Source: Lingula anatina (taxonomy: Eukaryota; Animalia; Brachiopoda). From it: 64,000 bases of DNA. The stretch lies in assembly GCA_051362555.1 (NCBI GenBank), contig CM120640.1:15810001-15874000 (forward strand), read 5' to 3'. Made by a program: the position numbers and the translations under genes. Below, piece after piece: positions 48,701 to 62,300 of the stretch; the stretch's first letter is position 1, and each line of letters begins with the position of its first letter. The notes beneath the pieces were generated by a model. It saw only the letters and a list, made by a program, of their open reading frames with translations, made no database searches and was not told the DNA's origin.

Positions 48701-50664
48701 GTGGGCTATCACAGTAATGCGCCTTGATTCCTACTCAAACACAGTTGTATTCATTATGCTGCTACGATAAAAAAATTCATGTCTGAAATAATTTCCCTGC
48801 ACATAGGCCTATACTGATACATACAAATGTCAATTTTTCATGTGGCGTAGAGATATTACATTTATTATTTATAATTGTTATATTTTTAAGGTACAAAAAA
48901 GTTCTATCTTATCAAAAAAGGACAATTTCATAAAATAATGTGACCATTTAGCTACATGTAACTCTTCAGACACAAGGAGAAAAGTCCTGATGCAGACAAT
49001 GATTTATGATTACATAAAAACACCAAGGAGGGTCTAAATATATAGAACAGAAAAACTCCCTATCACCAGAGTCCCTTCCAGCAGGTACTTAATTAGACGA
49101 AGGACGCCCTCGTAACAAGCCCTCGAAGAGAGTAGGAAAAGCAGGCCTATATGAAGTGCGTAGGTAAACAAAGAGCACAAGGCTTCTATCCTTCACATGC
49201 TTCATATAATGAACAGATGTGCTTTCAAAGGCCCAGTCAATGGCACAATCTTGACCTTTTCAAGATTAATGTAACATATTCGAAGAAAAATAATAAACGA
49301 ATAACAAAATGTAAAAAAAAAAAAGACACAATTCTCTAAATCATCAAGTTCTAAATCGAACATGCAAAAACAACGCCAGAAGACCTAGTTTACCTTTAGG
49401 TAAAAAGGGATACGGATGGTGAAATCAATGAAAATTTTATACATGTAACAGCTAGTATGGGCTCTGGTAGAGAATCACATACGGCGGGCGAACGTACAAG
49501 CACGCCGGCCTCCCTTGTTGAATGCATGACTCTACGCTTATTAAAATTACACAAAAATACTTTTATTTTCATGCTTCATTTAAAGATACGTGTAAGTTTG
49601 AAACGCCAGGAATGTATATTAGAAAATAATGGGTGTAAAATGCAGCTTATAAAATAATTACGATGAAACAAAAATCATGGATTTCCACCCAAGATACGGA
49701 GGTGCACGTACGTCAAGGGGCAAATAAAAATTTTGATAAAGAATTCAAATTTATACTTACTCCCGTGTTCCTCATATTGACCAGGAACCAGTCAGTGGCG
49801 TTTGCGGCTGACATAACAGAACTTTCCCTAAACAACATATCGTGCAGCGTTTCCAACATCAAGTTGCAGTCCCCAGATTTTCTGTTAAATAACGCAGTGA
49901 CGCAGACACGATTCTGAAGACAAAACAAACCACAGTGGCCTGGGTTTTTGGCTTGCACGGTACCAACCCCGAAGGACGCATTGTAGGCTAGGTGCGATAA
50001 TGAGAAAGGGTGAAGAAAATTTTAATTTCTTTGAAAAGTTTAATGTTCACCTGAGCGAATATTGTTTAATCAAAAGATGAACCATCATTTGAATTTGGAG
50101 AAGGCAAATCATTGCGAAAAAAGGAAGGAAAACATACCATGGAATATTGCATTGTTTCCCCCGCCCCTTGGAAGATCAACGTCTAACAATTACAAATACA
50201 CCATAATTGATTAAGCGAATAATTTTCCTACGCGATTTCCCCCTTTTTTTACAACCCATACGTTGTAAAAGATTCAGATGTAAATGCTTTGGACATTTGG
50301 ACCTTTTAAATACTCATACGGCATTAGTTCTATTCATTACTACAATCTTTTGGGATTTAAGATCTTGTACTTCAAATATTTTTGAAGATTTTGGACTAGT
50401 TCTGCAGAAGCAAAATTTTGTTGACAACGATTACAAATACACTAGTAAATACAGAGATGTTATCTTATTCAATATATATATAATTTTATGTTTTAAATAA
50501 TCGCAGTGCTAAAGCTTACCCGCTTCGGTCACTGGAACGATGTTAACGTATGATGACCGAGGACTGTTCGCTATACAAGCTTCCTTATAGCCTAACACCG
50601 TGAGTACCAACACAGCTAAAAAGACTGTCAGAAGAAAAAGACGAGAGTTCCATCTTCGCGCCAT
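27726..50664 (-). CDS. Secreted mosaic PAN/CTHRC1-like/pentraxin/FN2 protein, paralog B (29 exons, ~1459 aa, apparently intact)
   Basis: Exons: 50520-50664 (signal peptide MARRWNSRLFLLTVFLAVLVLTVLG), 49761-49987, 43548-43653, 42915-43018, 42298-42395, 41713-41813, 41260-41415, 40405-40709, 39852-39996, 39403-39597, 38986-39054, 38520-38624, 38251-38344, 37805-37896, 36310-36537, 35734-35901, 35127-35294, 34390-34686, 33491-33652, 32595-32705, 31936-32076, 30835-31071, 30426-30532, 29805-29896, 29290-29393, 28796-28966, 28520-28620, 28040-28229, 27726-27886 (TGA). All introns GT-AG, phases consistent, same exon order as A. Confidence 0.88.
30078..30290. mobile_element. Degenerate MITE-like insertion
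   Basis: Imperfect inverted ends (CCCCATTCTCATAG..TAGATCGACCTA / TAGATCGATCTA..TTGTGAGAACAGAGCC); GC/CpG-rich island in an AT-rich intron; not seen in the paralogous intron. Confidence 0.45.
30835..33652 (-). CDS. Paralog B: pentraxin domain 2
   Basis: LTEFTACYW, VSYAN, WHHICLTWKSANGEW, ILGQDQDCVGGCF..YVGYLTGVNVWD. Confidence 0.88.
31504..31714. mobile_element. Small MITE with ~15-bp TIR and 6-bp TSD
   Basis: AGGGTAGGGAATACC ... GGTATTCTCTACCCT, flanked by ACTTAC at 31498-31503 and 31715-31720; CpG-rich relative to the host intron. Confidence 0.65.
33783..33947. mobile_element. Small MITE, CAGG...CCTG family, 5-bp TSD
   Basis: Perfect TIR CAGGCCCGTAGCCAG / CTGGCTACGGGCCTG flanked by ATATT on both sides. 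Confidence 0.8.
34390..39054 (-). CDS. Paralog B: FN2-FN2-PAN-FN2-PAN-PAN block
   Basis: Same motifs and near-identical exon sizes as A (69,105,94,92,228,168,168,297 nt). Confidence 0.88.
39403..40709 (-). CDS. Paralog B: pentraxin domain 1
   Basis: LNEVTVCYW..FSYA..WHQVCGMWRSSDG..ILGQDQDSLGGGF..SFTGYMTRINIWD. Confidence 0.9.
41260..43018 (-). CDS. Paralog B: CTHRC1-like domain 1
   Basis: SYTKKHSFTALRVQWSGSLRGPYNIAGGCVRWYFKFNNMECGNPDTIE..DGMCEGIPEGVV. Confidence 0.8.
43796..44825 (+). mobile_element. 5'-truncated non-LTR retrotransposon (RTE-X-like ORF2 C-terminus, 3'UTR and tail) in intron 2 of paralog B
   Basis: Open frame ~43796-44545: GSFP..ALKYW..W..GIK..L...G...IW..KLRTYSTFK..FRISAHNLAIEKGRH..RLCTVC..VEDEFHFMMICPSY (C-terminal Cys/His motif); AATAAA then (TTCTGA)n tail at ~44802-44825. 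Confidence 0.85.
45718..45789. repeat. (TA)n microsatellite
   Basis: Direct inspection. Confidence 0.95.
48355..48455 (+). mobile_element. Short RTE-type LINE reverse transcriptase relic
   Basis: ISIDGELLEEVEEYKYLGRLL matches the conserved 'i.idG..le.V..fkYLG' RT thumb motif. Confidence 0.7.
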
Positions 50665-53305
50665 GATGTATTCGGGCAAGAATGAAAAATCCGTTACCTT
50701 AAAGTCAATCAATTATTTATCGACTTTGAAAATGCGGATAAATAAATAGCGAAGGTTAAGCAAAAAATACAAAGACTCCCGTTGAATGTATAAACAACGA
50801 GTTGGTATTGATGCTGGATAATCTATGCGTTATTATAAAAAGGCACGTAAAACAAATCATATGCAACAAAGGTTGCCGATTTTATCGGTTATATCATAAC
50901 AAAAGTTCGGGTTGGGACAACGAACAAATTGGATCATCGATCGCAGTAACTGTACAGTCCTTGTTTAGTGTTCGTTCGCGTATGACTATGCTCATACGAA
51001 ATAACATACAAACTTGACATATAATATGGAATATTTCGGTTTGGAGGGTATGCCTAGGTAAAAATGCGCTCTTTTTCTAAAAACTCTGATTCCATGTAAC
51101 TAAACTGGACTGAATTAGACAAGTTTTGACGATGCCTGGAATGTTATTCCAGATTGAACTCTAAAAACCTAGGAAGGAATGCCTTGCCGATTGAGAGCCC
51201 TGGTAGCAACCAGGAGAGGTCAGGCTTAACAACGACTATTGCTGTGACTAGCCACTGACATGAGGGTCCTTTGTGGGGCGAATAACTCTTTAATGGTTGT
51301 TTTATGACATAGAATAGGAAATGTATTTTTGTTTGCTTCACTGGCGAACTCAGTTTATGAACTGATGTCACAATGGCATCAAAGAGATAAATTAAAGTTA
51401 TTAAAATACGATTTTAATCTTTATTTTCATCTATCAGTAAGCAAAATAGGAAAAAACTGATGAAAAATGTTTTGGAAAAACTATTTCATATCAAATGTCA
51501 AGTCTGTATTTAACGGGATAATAACTCTTTGTATGAGTTCTATATTTCACAATAAAAACATTGTGAACAACTCATAGAAATATAATATATTCTGTTTTAC
51601 CACAAAAAAACGGCAGTTATAGCTATTATTCTGATATCTGAGCTTGTCTTTAAACCAAGTGATGGCTATACTCTGTAATAATTTCTTAAGAGATTATAAC
51701 AAAAAAAACAAACTTTATAGAAAAAATAACAGGGACTAACTTAGAATGTAAAAATGGATTCATTAACCATTGGTAAGTATGGGAAAATTGTTGTTTACTC
51801 CAGGGAAATTAATTTTTTGGCCAAAACGAAGATTTATTATCCCTTTCACCATACAGTTATAGATATTCTATCCATATAATGTGTTATGCTGAAAACGTTG
51901 CAAAAACATTGGAGTTTGAAAAAGGGGTTTTCAAAATTAGTTCAGCGTGACTTAATTGCGACCTCTTAATTCAGGCTACCTGTCTCAGCACCCCAAGTTC
52001 AATAGTATTTGTGATCAGTAACTACTGTACGCCTAACCAACGCTGATGTCCAACGTATCGATCGAGTTTTCTCGAGTTCTAGACGTTGTTTCGATGTGAA
52101 GGGGGGGGGGGGGGGAGATGGATTGCTCTCTTCGCTATGTGTATGTATGTAATAGATATTTAGGCAAAATTGGAAGTTTGCCTTGTCCTGGCACATTTAG
52201 TTTTAGCTCTTCAATTTGTTCACAAACCGGGCCCATTTCATAATAAGCATAGGTGATAAGAAGGGTTTTAAGAGATCGTTAGATAATGTTTTTCCTTTTT
52301 GCAGCGGAAATACATATAGTTACATTAAAGACAATGCAGTCGCACGAAAAAACATGTCGGGTTGCATGTGTGCACTCGAGTTTAAGACGAAACATCAGTT
52401 ATTTCACGGTGAAAACTGCGATGTCTATCTTAGATAAACTTCCCTTAATGTAACATAACATTATATAAGGGCGGCTTTTAATCTCAATAAGCACTGTAAT
52501 TTGGTACCAAGCATGTTTAAGTTCATTTCATTTTACAAGCAAAAGGAAGAAATAATACGTATAGTTTAATGAAATATTGTTACGAGGAGATATCCAAAGA
52601 ATTTCATTACTGAAGAACTTTACCAGATTGTACTTATACATCCTAGTCGCCAAACATGAATGATGTTTACGGCGTCACTTATCATAAAGATTTTGAAGTC
52701 TTGGCCAAACATTCAAGTACTGACCTAACCGGTACGATTGCATTATAAGTTATTAAAATTTTTTGGCAGATGAAGAAACCAATTTTAACGCCATAATAAT
52801 ATTTAACATTGGATACGTTTATTGCAATATTAACAATAAATAGGACAAATGCACAACGCGAAAATGATACACTATTTGCTTCAAATTTGTTTTATTAACA
52901 GACAGATGATGATACTGGTAGATTATTGGAATGCATGGTTGCATTGCTGTTGTTGCACTCTGCTTGTCTCAGCTTTCAACAGAACACAGTCTATACTACT
53001 GTAAACACGATACAAAACGTTAAAACACTACATAAACAACGAGTAGTACTTTTCTAAAACAACACAAATGCAAACATTATTACAAAACACTAGGTTCATG
53101 ATTTTTTAAGTTTTTTTTTTCAAATTATGTTGAGAAGATTTTCTATATAAAAATTTCACAATGTTCTATGAAATTTCACACTAGTCTTTGGGAAAAGTTT
53201 CCTTTCGAAGTCGTAGTCCGTATGAAAAAAGGTCAGAAATCCAAATAAGTTAAAAAGAAAAGTTCGATATCAGATCCGGGTCAGTCACATGTTTGTGCTT
53301 GTGGT

Positions 53306-56300
53306 TTATCTCGAAAGATAGGCTTGTAAGTCTCTGTTAAAGTTGTAACTATCAAGGAACATCTCGGACATCTAGAAAGAAGAAGAATATAATAAGAACA
53401 GAAAGAGCCATTATTTGAAGTGCGTTTCACAGAACAGCAGAAGTGAAATAACCAAGATTAATCTAATTTATTGAATTTTGGTCAATATTTGTGAAGAATA
53501 AATGCTTTCTGGTGGTTTAAGAACGTCCTGTACACAGAGACTATCTACATTGAGTACTAAATCCATTTTTGCATTACCTTGAAGGTGTCCCCGCTGGTGG
53601 CGCCACATTTTCTGCAGACGGTGATGCCCACTTCCTGGTCGCCCTTTCTACACTCGCACACCTGGCATTCAGATGGCTGAGATGTGGAGGCCACGCGCTG
53701 GGCTACGGAGTCGGCGAACAACTTCTTGTCGCTCCAGCGTCCCTGTTCCAACTTAAGAGAGTTGAAGACGGAGCCGTTGGTCTCGAGAGCCAAGGCCACA
53801 CAGAGATCTTTGGGAATGGCGATCTGCTTGAAGAGAGCCCTGTCGCCCTGGATGTCGGAAGTCTTGCTGGTGAATGCAGTATTTCCGTCGACACCTGTAG
53901 GAAGAAAGAGCACATCATTTTTCAGTCCTGAGTTACAGAGGTGTGATTTCTTGAGATAAACCAGTATAAATTGCCGCGTGGAATGAGTGACCAAGTAGAG
54001 ATAAAACGGTAGCTCAAAAACAGAATGAACGAAAACTACCTGTAGCATTGCCATCATACTTGGCACATTACTACGGAATACATGACTGTTCACACTCACC
54101 GAAAATGTAGTTGGTCTTTGGAGATCGCCTGTTAGATTTCAGTTGGAATTCGTGCTGCATCATAACATGGAATTTGATGCCGCTTGGAACCAACAGAGAC
54201 TGGATATCAGAGTAGTCGACAGACATCTTCCTGCAGCTTGAGCATGGGACCAGAATGATTGTCTTAGAGCTTCCTGTGCGGAATGGATAACGTGCGGCAA
54301 AATCGACGGCTCTTAGGGCATCAGAGTTCCTTCCGTCATGCAAGAAGGTCATACTTGTGGAAGCGATGTCGTGGGCGTGTCCGAGGAGTTCACCCTGGAT
54401 TGTGTGCTGGTGCTCGATGTCGTGCACGCCAGCGCCGCCATAACCAACTATACCGAACTTGACGCTCTTCAGCCCTGCAAGTTAAACAGCAATGACATTC
54501 AGCACGAAGGTAAATTATTGAAAATAAAGTGATAAAGGATTATTGACTTAAATGCCAATCGTGTCCTTATTAACATCGTATCTAGTCTAGTCTTTCCTAA
54601 AATTATGAGGTTTTGACACTTTCTCTTTATCGGTAGCATTATTCCGCGTTTTAACGCCTCAATATGAACGACACGATAGCATACCTTGTCCCTTCATGTC
54701 CTTCTCAATAGTTCTGGTAAGCAGCTTGAAGTTGAAATCCTTGTTGCATGTCTTCTCTTCAATGACAAAAATGACGTCGGCGGTCTTGGGGACATTGGCA
54801 TCACCGTTATCGGACAGCGTGAAAGTCTCGCCCTCAGTCTTGGAAATTCTGTTGTACTTGCATTGCACTACAGAAAACAAATGCATTCAAGTTGAAGGAC
54901 TGGGGAACGAAAACCCTTTTTGTACTGGTAAGTGGTTTTTATTTTAACATTCTTAACGATATGAAAACATGAAAATTCATGAATAAAGAGTACAATGGAC
55001 GTCTTCAGACTGAATATTCGGTATGTAGGATGAAGACATTTTTCATTTGAGAGCCAAACGTTAAATTCTTACCGCATCTGGACTCCAGACGCAGGTTTAC
55101 ACCGTGGCGTGCGCAGTCTTGCACGTAGCCTACAGCCACACTGCACATGGCATCAGCCGTTCTCAACCTGCTCATGTGATTGACGCACATCTCGAAGTAT
55201 GGCTGTGGGTCGACCTGCTTGAAGCAGTATCTGTAGGGAGAGTAGGTCTTCTCTTTGAAGAGGGCTGCACACTTGTTGTACTCGTCGGTTCCCTCTGTAG
55301 CTGGGACAGTTCTTGCGAGATTGTGCCTGCTGTTGCATCTTGGTTGTACTTTCCAGCTGTAGGCAAACTCACCAGCATTCTCGGTGATTTTCTTCTCGGA
55401 GGTGAGGAAGTCGTTGGACATTTCATTGTCGTAAGTGCCGAAAAGTCCGGCAGTCTTGCCGAAGTACCAGCCGGTCATGTTAAGGCTGCAGACGTCGTGG
55501 GCCCAGTTGCACATGATGGTTACACCGTTGGAGTTATCGATGCGAACCACATCTCCCTGGCGACGGACGGTGGTTGACTTGAATTCAAATGGCAATTCTT
55601 CCTTCTTGGAATCGCCACCAATGGCTCCAACACGGACCTACATTTCATGAAACAAAGATATTGTGTAATTTTCCGAGTCTACGTATGTATTACAAATGTA
55701 TACATATGCGTTACAATCTTTTATTCATAAGGAATACAGAAGTAAATCCATTTTTCTACTCTGAATATTAAGTTTTTATTTTATTTTATATGTAAGTTTA
55801 TTTGTTTCACACGATTCTGCAAAATTAACTTACAGTGAAATCAGGTGCAATTTCGATGGATTTATCGTCGCTGAACACAGTGATGGACTTCCTCTTAGCA
55901 TCTCTTGAACCGTCATAGTTGACAATGGCGGTGAAGTTGCCGTCAATGAAGTCTCTGGCAAGGATGTAGCTGCATTTTCCGGCATATTCGAAATGCTTGT
56001 GATCGAAGGTCATGAAATGCTGGCTACCGATCAAGCTGGCATGGGCTGAAAGAAAAAATGATTAAAAAATGACTTTCAAGTGTTTTTTTCTTCAAACATT
56101 CCTACTGAATTTCAGGGAAATACATTTCTCAACGCAGCACGTCTTACATAATCGTTAACATACAAAGTAAACCGGCAAAAAATAACATTAATGTGCACAT
56201 ACCTTTGAAAGGTGGTACCCAATCACGAATATCGGAGGATGGTTTGTATGTGTAGTACAAGTCCCACATGTTCATGTCATCCTTGGGTGTGTATTTTTTT

Positions 56301-59300
56301 ACCATAGCGTCAAGCCTCTCTCTGTAGACATCCAGGTTCAGCTCGGGCATGCTCATCAGATCCTTCAGTGGGATTGGGTTGAAAACTTCGAACTCCAAGA
56401 TGAATTCTTTTGGGTCATATCTGATGATGCGGGTTCTGTTGATCTGGAGGTAGTCATGGAGGAAGCTCTGCCAGCGTTTCTCAGCCATCAAACGGCCAGA
56501 GTCGTAGATGTTCTGCAGGTGATGTTTTACATTTTCCTCGAGTTTGTAGTATTTGTAGTAGTCCATGCCCTGTGAAAACACCATATGATATCATTCAATG
56601 TAATCATGTTCAACTTAAAACTGAAATTACATCAAATTTTAACTGAAAATACAAATACTAATAGTTGTGATGACAAAAGTGTCTCTGTCGTAGAAAAACA
56701 ATTAAAATTTGGTTAACATTTTGGTATGGACTTACCTTCTCAACCATGTGATGTGCCATATCTTTGGCGTAAGCGACCTGTGGATGGGAGAGAACCTCAT
56801 CGATCTTTGCGTTAATGTTATCTCTGGCTTGGTAGATGGCCTCGGCATATTTTTTCGACAAAACATCATAGTGCGTGGACGCTAAATAGTGGAGGCCAGA
56901 CAGTGTTTGACGGGCGTTCAAATGGAGGTCACGCAGAGGTTTCATCCAGTCACGTGAGTTGATTGCATCCCTGATGCTGGCCATACTCTTCTGATGGAAG
57001 TCAAAGACTTTGGAGTAGTAGGGGTGAGCGCGAACCTTCTGCATGTACTCATCCACCTTGTGGTTAATTGCGTGTTTGTGTTCGTCAATCTTAACCATAG
57101 CCTGGCGATAATATTCGTTGTACTTCTCCACGAATGGCTGCATCTTTTCTCTCATTTTCTGTGCCTGTTCCTGGTAGAACTGCATCATTTCAGTGCGGAG
57201 TTCCTCATACTTAGTCTTCAGTTCGTCCATCAGCTGATTGTACCTTTCCATGCCGTTGACCTTCAAAGTGGACATAAATTCTATGGCCTCCCGTTTGACT
57301 CTCTCCATCTCGGCAACAATGGCTTCAATCTTGGCAGTCATTTTAACTTTCATCTCTTCATACATCCTTTCCATTTCGTCGATCTTTTCACTAAAACAAA
57401 ATAAGATACCTCAAGTTTTCTTTATTAAAAGCATCATGAATATTTTTCATAACACTGCTACACTAAAGAACATTTCAGGGAATAATCAATTGTTTTAATA
57501 AACGCAATACCTGATGTATCTAGCAGCGGCTGTGTAGACTTCGCCCATATCCTTCATGAAGAACTCGTTGCGACGGTACATCATGCGTATCTCCTGCTTC
57601 ATGGTGGCAAAGTCATTTTCAAAAGAACTCAGTTCTCCATTCAGGTAACTCAAAACAGGCTCCATCTCTCTCTTGAAGCTGGCTACCTCAGGAGTGTAGA
57701 GGGTATTGGGGCTCTGCATGTACTGTCTTCTTTTCTCAGCATAATAGTCCCTCACGCTTCCCAAGTAAGCCTAATATGTATATGAATTTAAGTTTCATTA
57801 TATTTCTAACTATCTATTTTAATTCTTCTTACGCACCATTATAATTCATCCTGAAAAATGTCTCTAAATTCTTGCAATGGGTGGATCTCTTAAAAAATAA
57901 GACTGTCAAATGCCTTAATGGAGAAAATAAAATATGCAAACGTATCTATTTTCAACATATATATATATATATACCTTGATGTCATCCTTCATGGCCAAAC
58001 GGAGGTAGTACCTCTCATGGAAAAGATGGTTACCGATCAGGTTAATGAAGATCTCGGCATCATCAACTGGTCCCTCTCCCATATCGTGCATGGCTTTGAA
58101 CAGCACGGCAGAGCTGTTGGGGTACTTGGCGAAGATGTGAGAATAGATCTTGCCATCTTTCAAAAGAAAATAATTAAAATAAATAATGAAAAATGATTTA
58201 AAATGATAAATGCTTAAAAGAACAAAAAAAACTACTTTCTGTAGATTAAAAAACTACTGTCTGTAGATTATTATAATTATATCGTCAGTACTCTTTGACA
58301 TGTGAAATAAATACAATACATGCTCAAATCTGTAGATTATTATAATTATATCGTCAGTACTCTTTGACATGTGAAATAAATACAATACATGCTCAAAAAC
58401 TTTATTTCTGGATGGTTTGGAAAGCAGATATGGTTAGTTTACTTACGGGATCCAGTGGATTTCAAGTCAAAAGCAGGGGCCTCAGTGTTAACGTCCAACA
58501 CAGTGTTGACAGTGTGTGGGTGACCATGTCTGGTCTTCTCATAGGTATTCTTCAGCTCGAATAAATAACCGTCTCTCTTGGTGTTCATTTTGCCCTCCAT
58601 AAGCCACGGGGTCATCCAACTGTAAGAGCCTACCATCTGGCTGCGGATTTCCTTGCGGATCTTGTTGATCTCACCACGAAGAGCCATACTCTCATCCTGG
58701 TAACGGTAGAGGAAGTTTCCAGTCATGCGACCATTCTCGTCACCAGCATTGGCAGCCATGCTTATGTCTACACCACTTTCGGGGTGAGAGAACTCCAGCT
58801 CTACGGTGTAATTGTTGGTGCCAATGTTTCCAACCTTTGATGAAAGGGTCAGTTTCTTGCTGGGCTCTGGAGCATATTCTACTTCAAGTTTCCCGCTGTA
58901 CATGGGAGAATCGTTGCTGCGGAATTCTGAGCTGATGGTAATGTCCTGAAATTTTAAAGTTAAGAAGTTAACATATTTGTTTTTTAAGTAAAATATGAAA
59001 AATGTACAAGAGTCCTATTTTATTTCTCACTGTACCAATTCGTAAGTAACAACATAATGTGACTAAACTTAAAAAGATGAAAAATTCAACCTACCCTGCG
59101 GAGCATAGGGTGTTTGATAGTAGTGATAATGGCAGCGCCGTCTGGGAGTTGGTTCATCTGTCCCTTCAGTGTCAATTTCTTGCTTTGGTCACGATCAGCA
59201 TCCCACAAAAGTTCACCTTCAACCTTTTGGCTTCTGTAACTCTTTGATTTGTCCAGTGTCATGGCCAGAGAACGGATTGGAGTGGTCAGCTTGCCGTCAT

Positions 59301-62300
59301 ACTTGTCACCCTCTTGGTTGAACTCCAAGGCAACTTTTCTGTCCCTAGCCTGGTCCCAGGTAAGCTCGGTTTTGTGGCTCAGGCCATTACGAGACTCTGT
59401 GGTGGTGGTCAACCCAACAGTGCGGGATGGCAGAACAGCCTTCAATACAACCTCCTTCTTGTATCTCCTATCCTGAACGTTCAATTCCATCTGGATCTTG
59501 GAATTCTGATTTCTGGTGTTCCAGTTAATAGTGGCATCACCATCAACCTGCCTTGGAGCATAGAGGACATTAAAATTGTAAGTCATGGGGTGCGGTTGGC
59601 GAAGAGCAAGACGCCCGACATGGCGATTCTGATTCTTTCTGTACATCATCTCTCCATCTACCCATTTGCGCCCATTGTGCTGAATCTCTGTCTTCAGGCT
59701 CATGTCCGTCAGGTCAAACTTGCCATCAAAGTCAACTGAGGCCTGGCGGAGTGGTGCCCACAGAGTGGTAACAGTCATTCTTCCAATGTGGTGGTTTGTT
59801 CCAGAATAGGCGGAGTCAAGAGACAACCACCTGTCACCATTATAGTCAGCATTGGCCTTCATGTTTATGTCCCATGGCTGGTATTTGCCAGTCAGATCCA
59901 GCACCAGTTCCCTCAGATTCTCGAATGGAGTGGTGAGCTTCAGATGGCCAGCGTTGTTGTCGTAGGTGGCATCAACAGTTATCTTTTTACCCTGGGTCCA
60001 GGACACAGAGCTAGCATGACTTACACTCTTTTGCCTTGCATTGAATCTGTTACGGAATGAAAGAGACATGTCGTCAAAGTTCGGGATTGGGCTCTTGAAG
60101 TTGATACTACCCTGTGCCTGTGCCAAATTGTGCAGTTTCATGTTAATGGCTCCCTCTATCTTCTTGTAGTCACCATACTCGAGAGAGACACTGCTCTTGA
60201 AGCTTCTCAAGTTGCCCTGGTGCTTCACCTCATAAATCACAGATTCATACTTGGGAATGCTAGTGGTGACTGCGACCTTGCCTTCAAAATTCTGAGGCTG
60301 GCCCTCGTACTCGACACGCAGAGACTGAGAGTTCATGTTGGTGAATGGAGTAGTCAGCTTCAGTTCAGAGCTAAATTTCTTAATTAAGCCATCGTGGTGA
60401 AGCTCTGCAGTGATGGATGGGACACGAGGGTGGGAAGTGCGTAGTTCTGCGGTGATGTCAACTTTTGGCAAGGCAACTGTGTGGCTCACTTCAAGGGACA
60501 TCTGCTCGTACTTGTTTACTGGAGTCTTCACCCTCAGGGCTGACTTCTGTGTCCTGTCATGTTCAGCTTCAAGGCTCCACTTGTCTTCAAGGCCAAGTTT
60601 TGTTTCAAACTTGTTAAGTCCTCCAGCATGGGACATGGTGGCAGAGGTATCAGCGAAAGGCAGTTTAGCTTCAAAGTTGAAGGTCTTGCTCTGGAGGTTG
60701 AAGTTCACATTAACAGATTGCTCCTCTGGCAGTCTGAGAGTGCATTTAGAGTTGAAGCGTCTCAGAACTCCACTGTGTTCACAGGAGATTCCAACATTTC
60801 TTAGACCATGGTATGAAGTGCGGAGGTTGCCTGAAGTGGAGAAGCTGCGCAGAGACCCCTCATGTCTAATTTCAATGGTGTCAATTTTGGCAACTGGGAT
60901 GGACCCATCAACAGTAACCTTGGTGCTGGCTTTGTCCCAGGTCAGGCGAATATTCTGCCTCTGAGGGAGCTTTAAAGTAACGGCACTTTCAAATGCGTTC
61001 AAGTTACCATCGTTGCTCAGGGTGAGCCCAACATTTTCATAACCGTCAAATCCAGTCTCAGCATTCAGTAAGGTGTTGAACTTGGTAAGAGGACCGGTGT
61101 GCTTGAACTCTACAGATCTCAGTTTCAGGGCTGGTACTTCAATGTTGAAGTTGAGTTTGTCGGTAAATTTGTTGAATTTGATGTCGATGAACTGCACCTC
61201 TGGCAGTTTCACTTCAATCTTGGAAGCAAATCGAGCTCTGTTACCAGCATGATTAAGGTCAATGTCGATGTTCTCCAAGTTGCTGTAGCCAGATCTAAGT
61301 TTAGCAGATGTTGTAAATTTGCGGATGTAACCTTCATGGTGGAGAGTGAAGGATTCAACACTCAAAGCGGGCAATTCCAATTTGATGTCCACTGTCTTGG
61401 CTGGCTTGTCAAAGGCAACTTCCAAAGACTGCTCTCCCTTGTAGTTCACACTTCCTTTAGTATTGAAGCTCTGCAGTCTGCCATTATGTTCCAAACTCAA
61501 AGAGAGGTCATCCATGAAGCCAGTTGTCATGCTTCCGCTGCAAGTAAATCTTGCTAGTGGTCCCTCGTGAGTGTACTGAATTCTGTTGATCTTCAGGGCT
61601 GGCACAATGACCTCGAGGGTCAATCGGGGAGTGTTCCTGGAGAAGGAAACATCAAATGACTGCTTCTCTGGAAGATTCAATTCTCCTTTGGTTGTAAAAC
61701 TGTTGAGATCGCCATTGTGGTCCAATTTCAATGAGAGATCTTCCATGCCACTGTAGCCAGTTCGAAGACTGCCAGAAGTGGTGAATCTGGTCAGGGGTCC
61801 ATTGTGGGTGAGCTGAGCACTTTGAATCTTCAAGATTGGCAAGTTGATTTCAGCACTCAGCTGTGATGTACTCTTTGTGAAAGAAATGTCGAAAGACTGC
61901 TTTTCTGGGATGTTCAATTCACCTTCAGATTTAAATCTTCTAAGGTTGCCATTGTGTTTCAGTTTGAGACTCATCTCAGGGTAGGCACCAAAGGTCTTCA
62001 AGCTCCCATCACAGGTGAACCCGTTCAGTGGGCCCTTGTGCACGTATTTCAGTTCCTCCAGACTCAGGGCCGGAAGTGTGATAGTCAGGTCCAAATCAGG
62101 GGAGGAAGCATCAAATGTAATGTCAAAGGAGTGTTTTGCTAGCGTGCCACTGGTTGAAAACTTTTTCAAGTTTCCTTCGTGATTGAGGGTGAAAGAAACA
62201 TCACGGAGCTTATTTATCTGGGATTTAAAATTGCCCCTAGTGTTGAACTTCTGCAGGTCACCTTCATGATCAATCTCAAAAGACATATCTCTGAGCATTC

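Noticed and set aside
4022-50664. Paralogs A and B as an uncollapsed-haplotype assembly artefact
   Set aside because: Most introns cannot be aligned, the signal peptides differ and many exons have numerous synonymous differences, so this is a real old duplication.
52655-52730. Possible C/D-box snoRNA (ATGATG...CTGA)
   Set aside because: Imperfect C box, no terminal stem, and no recognisable rRNA guide.
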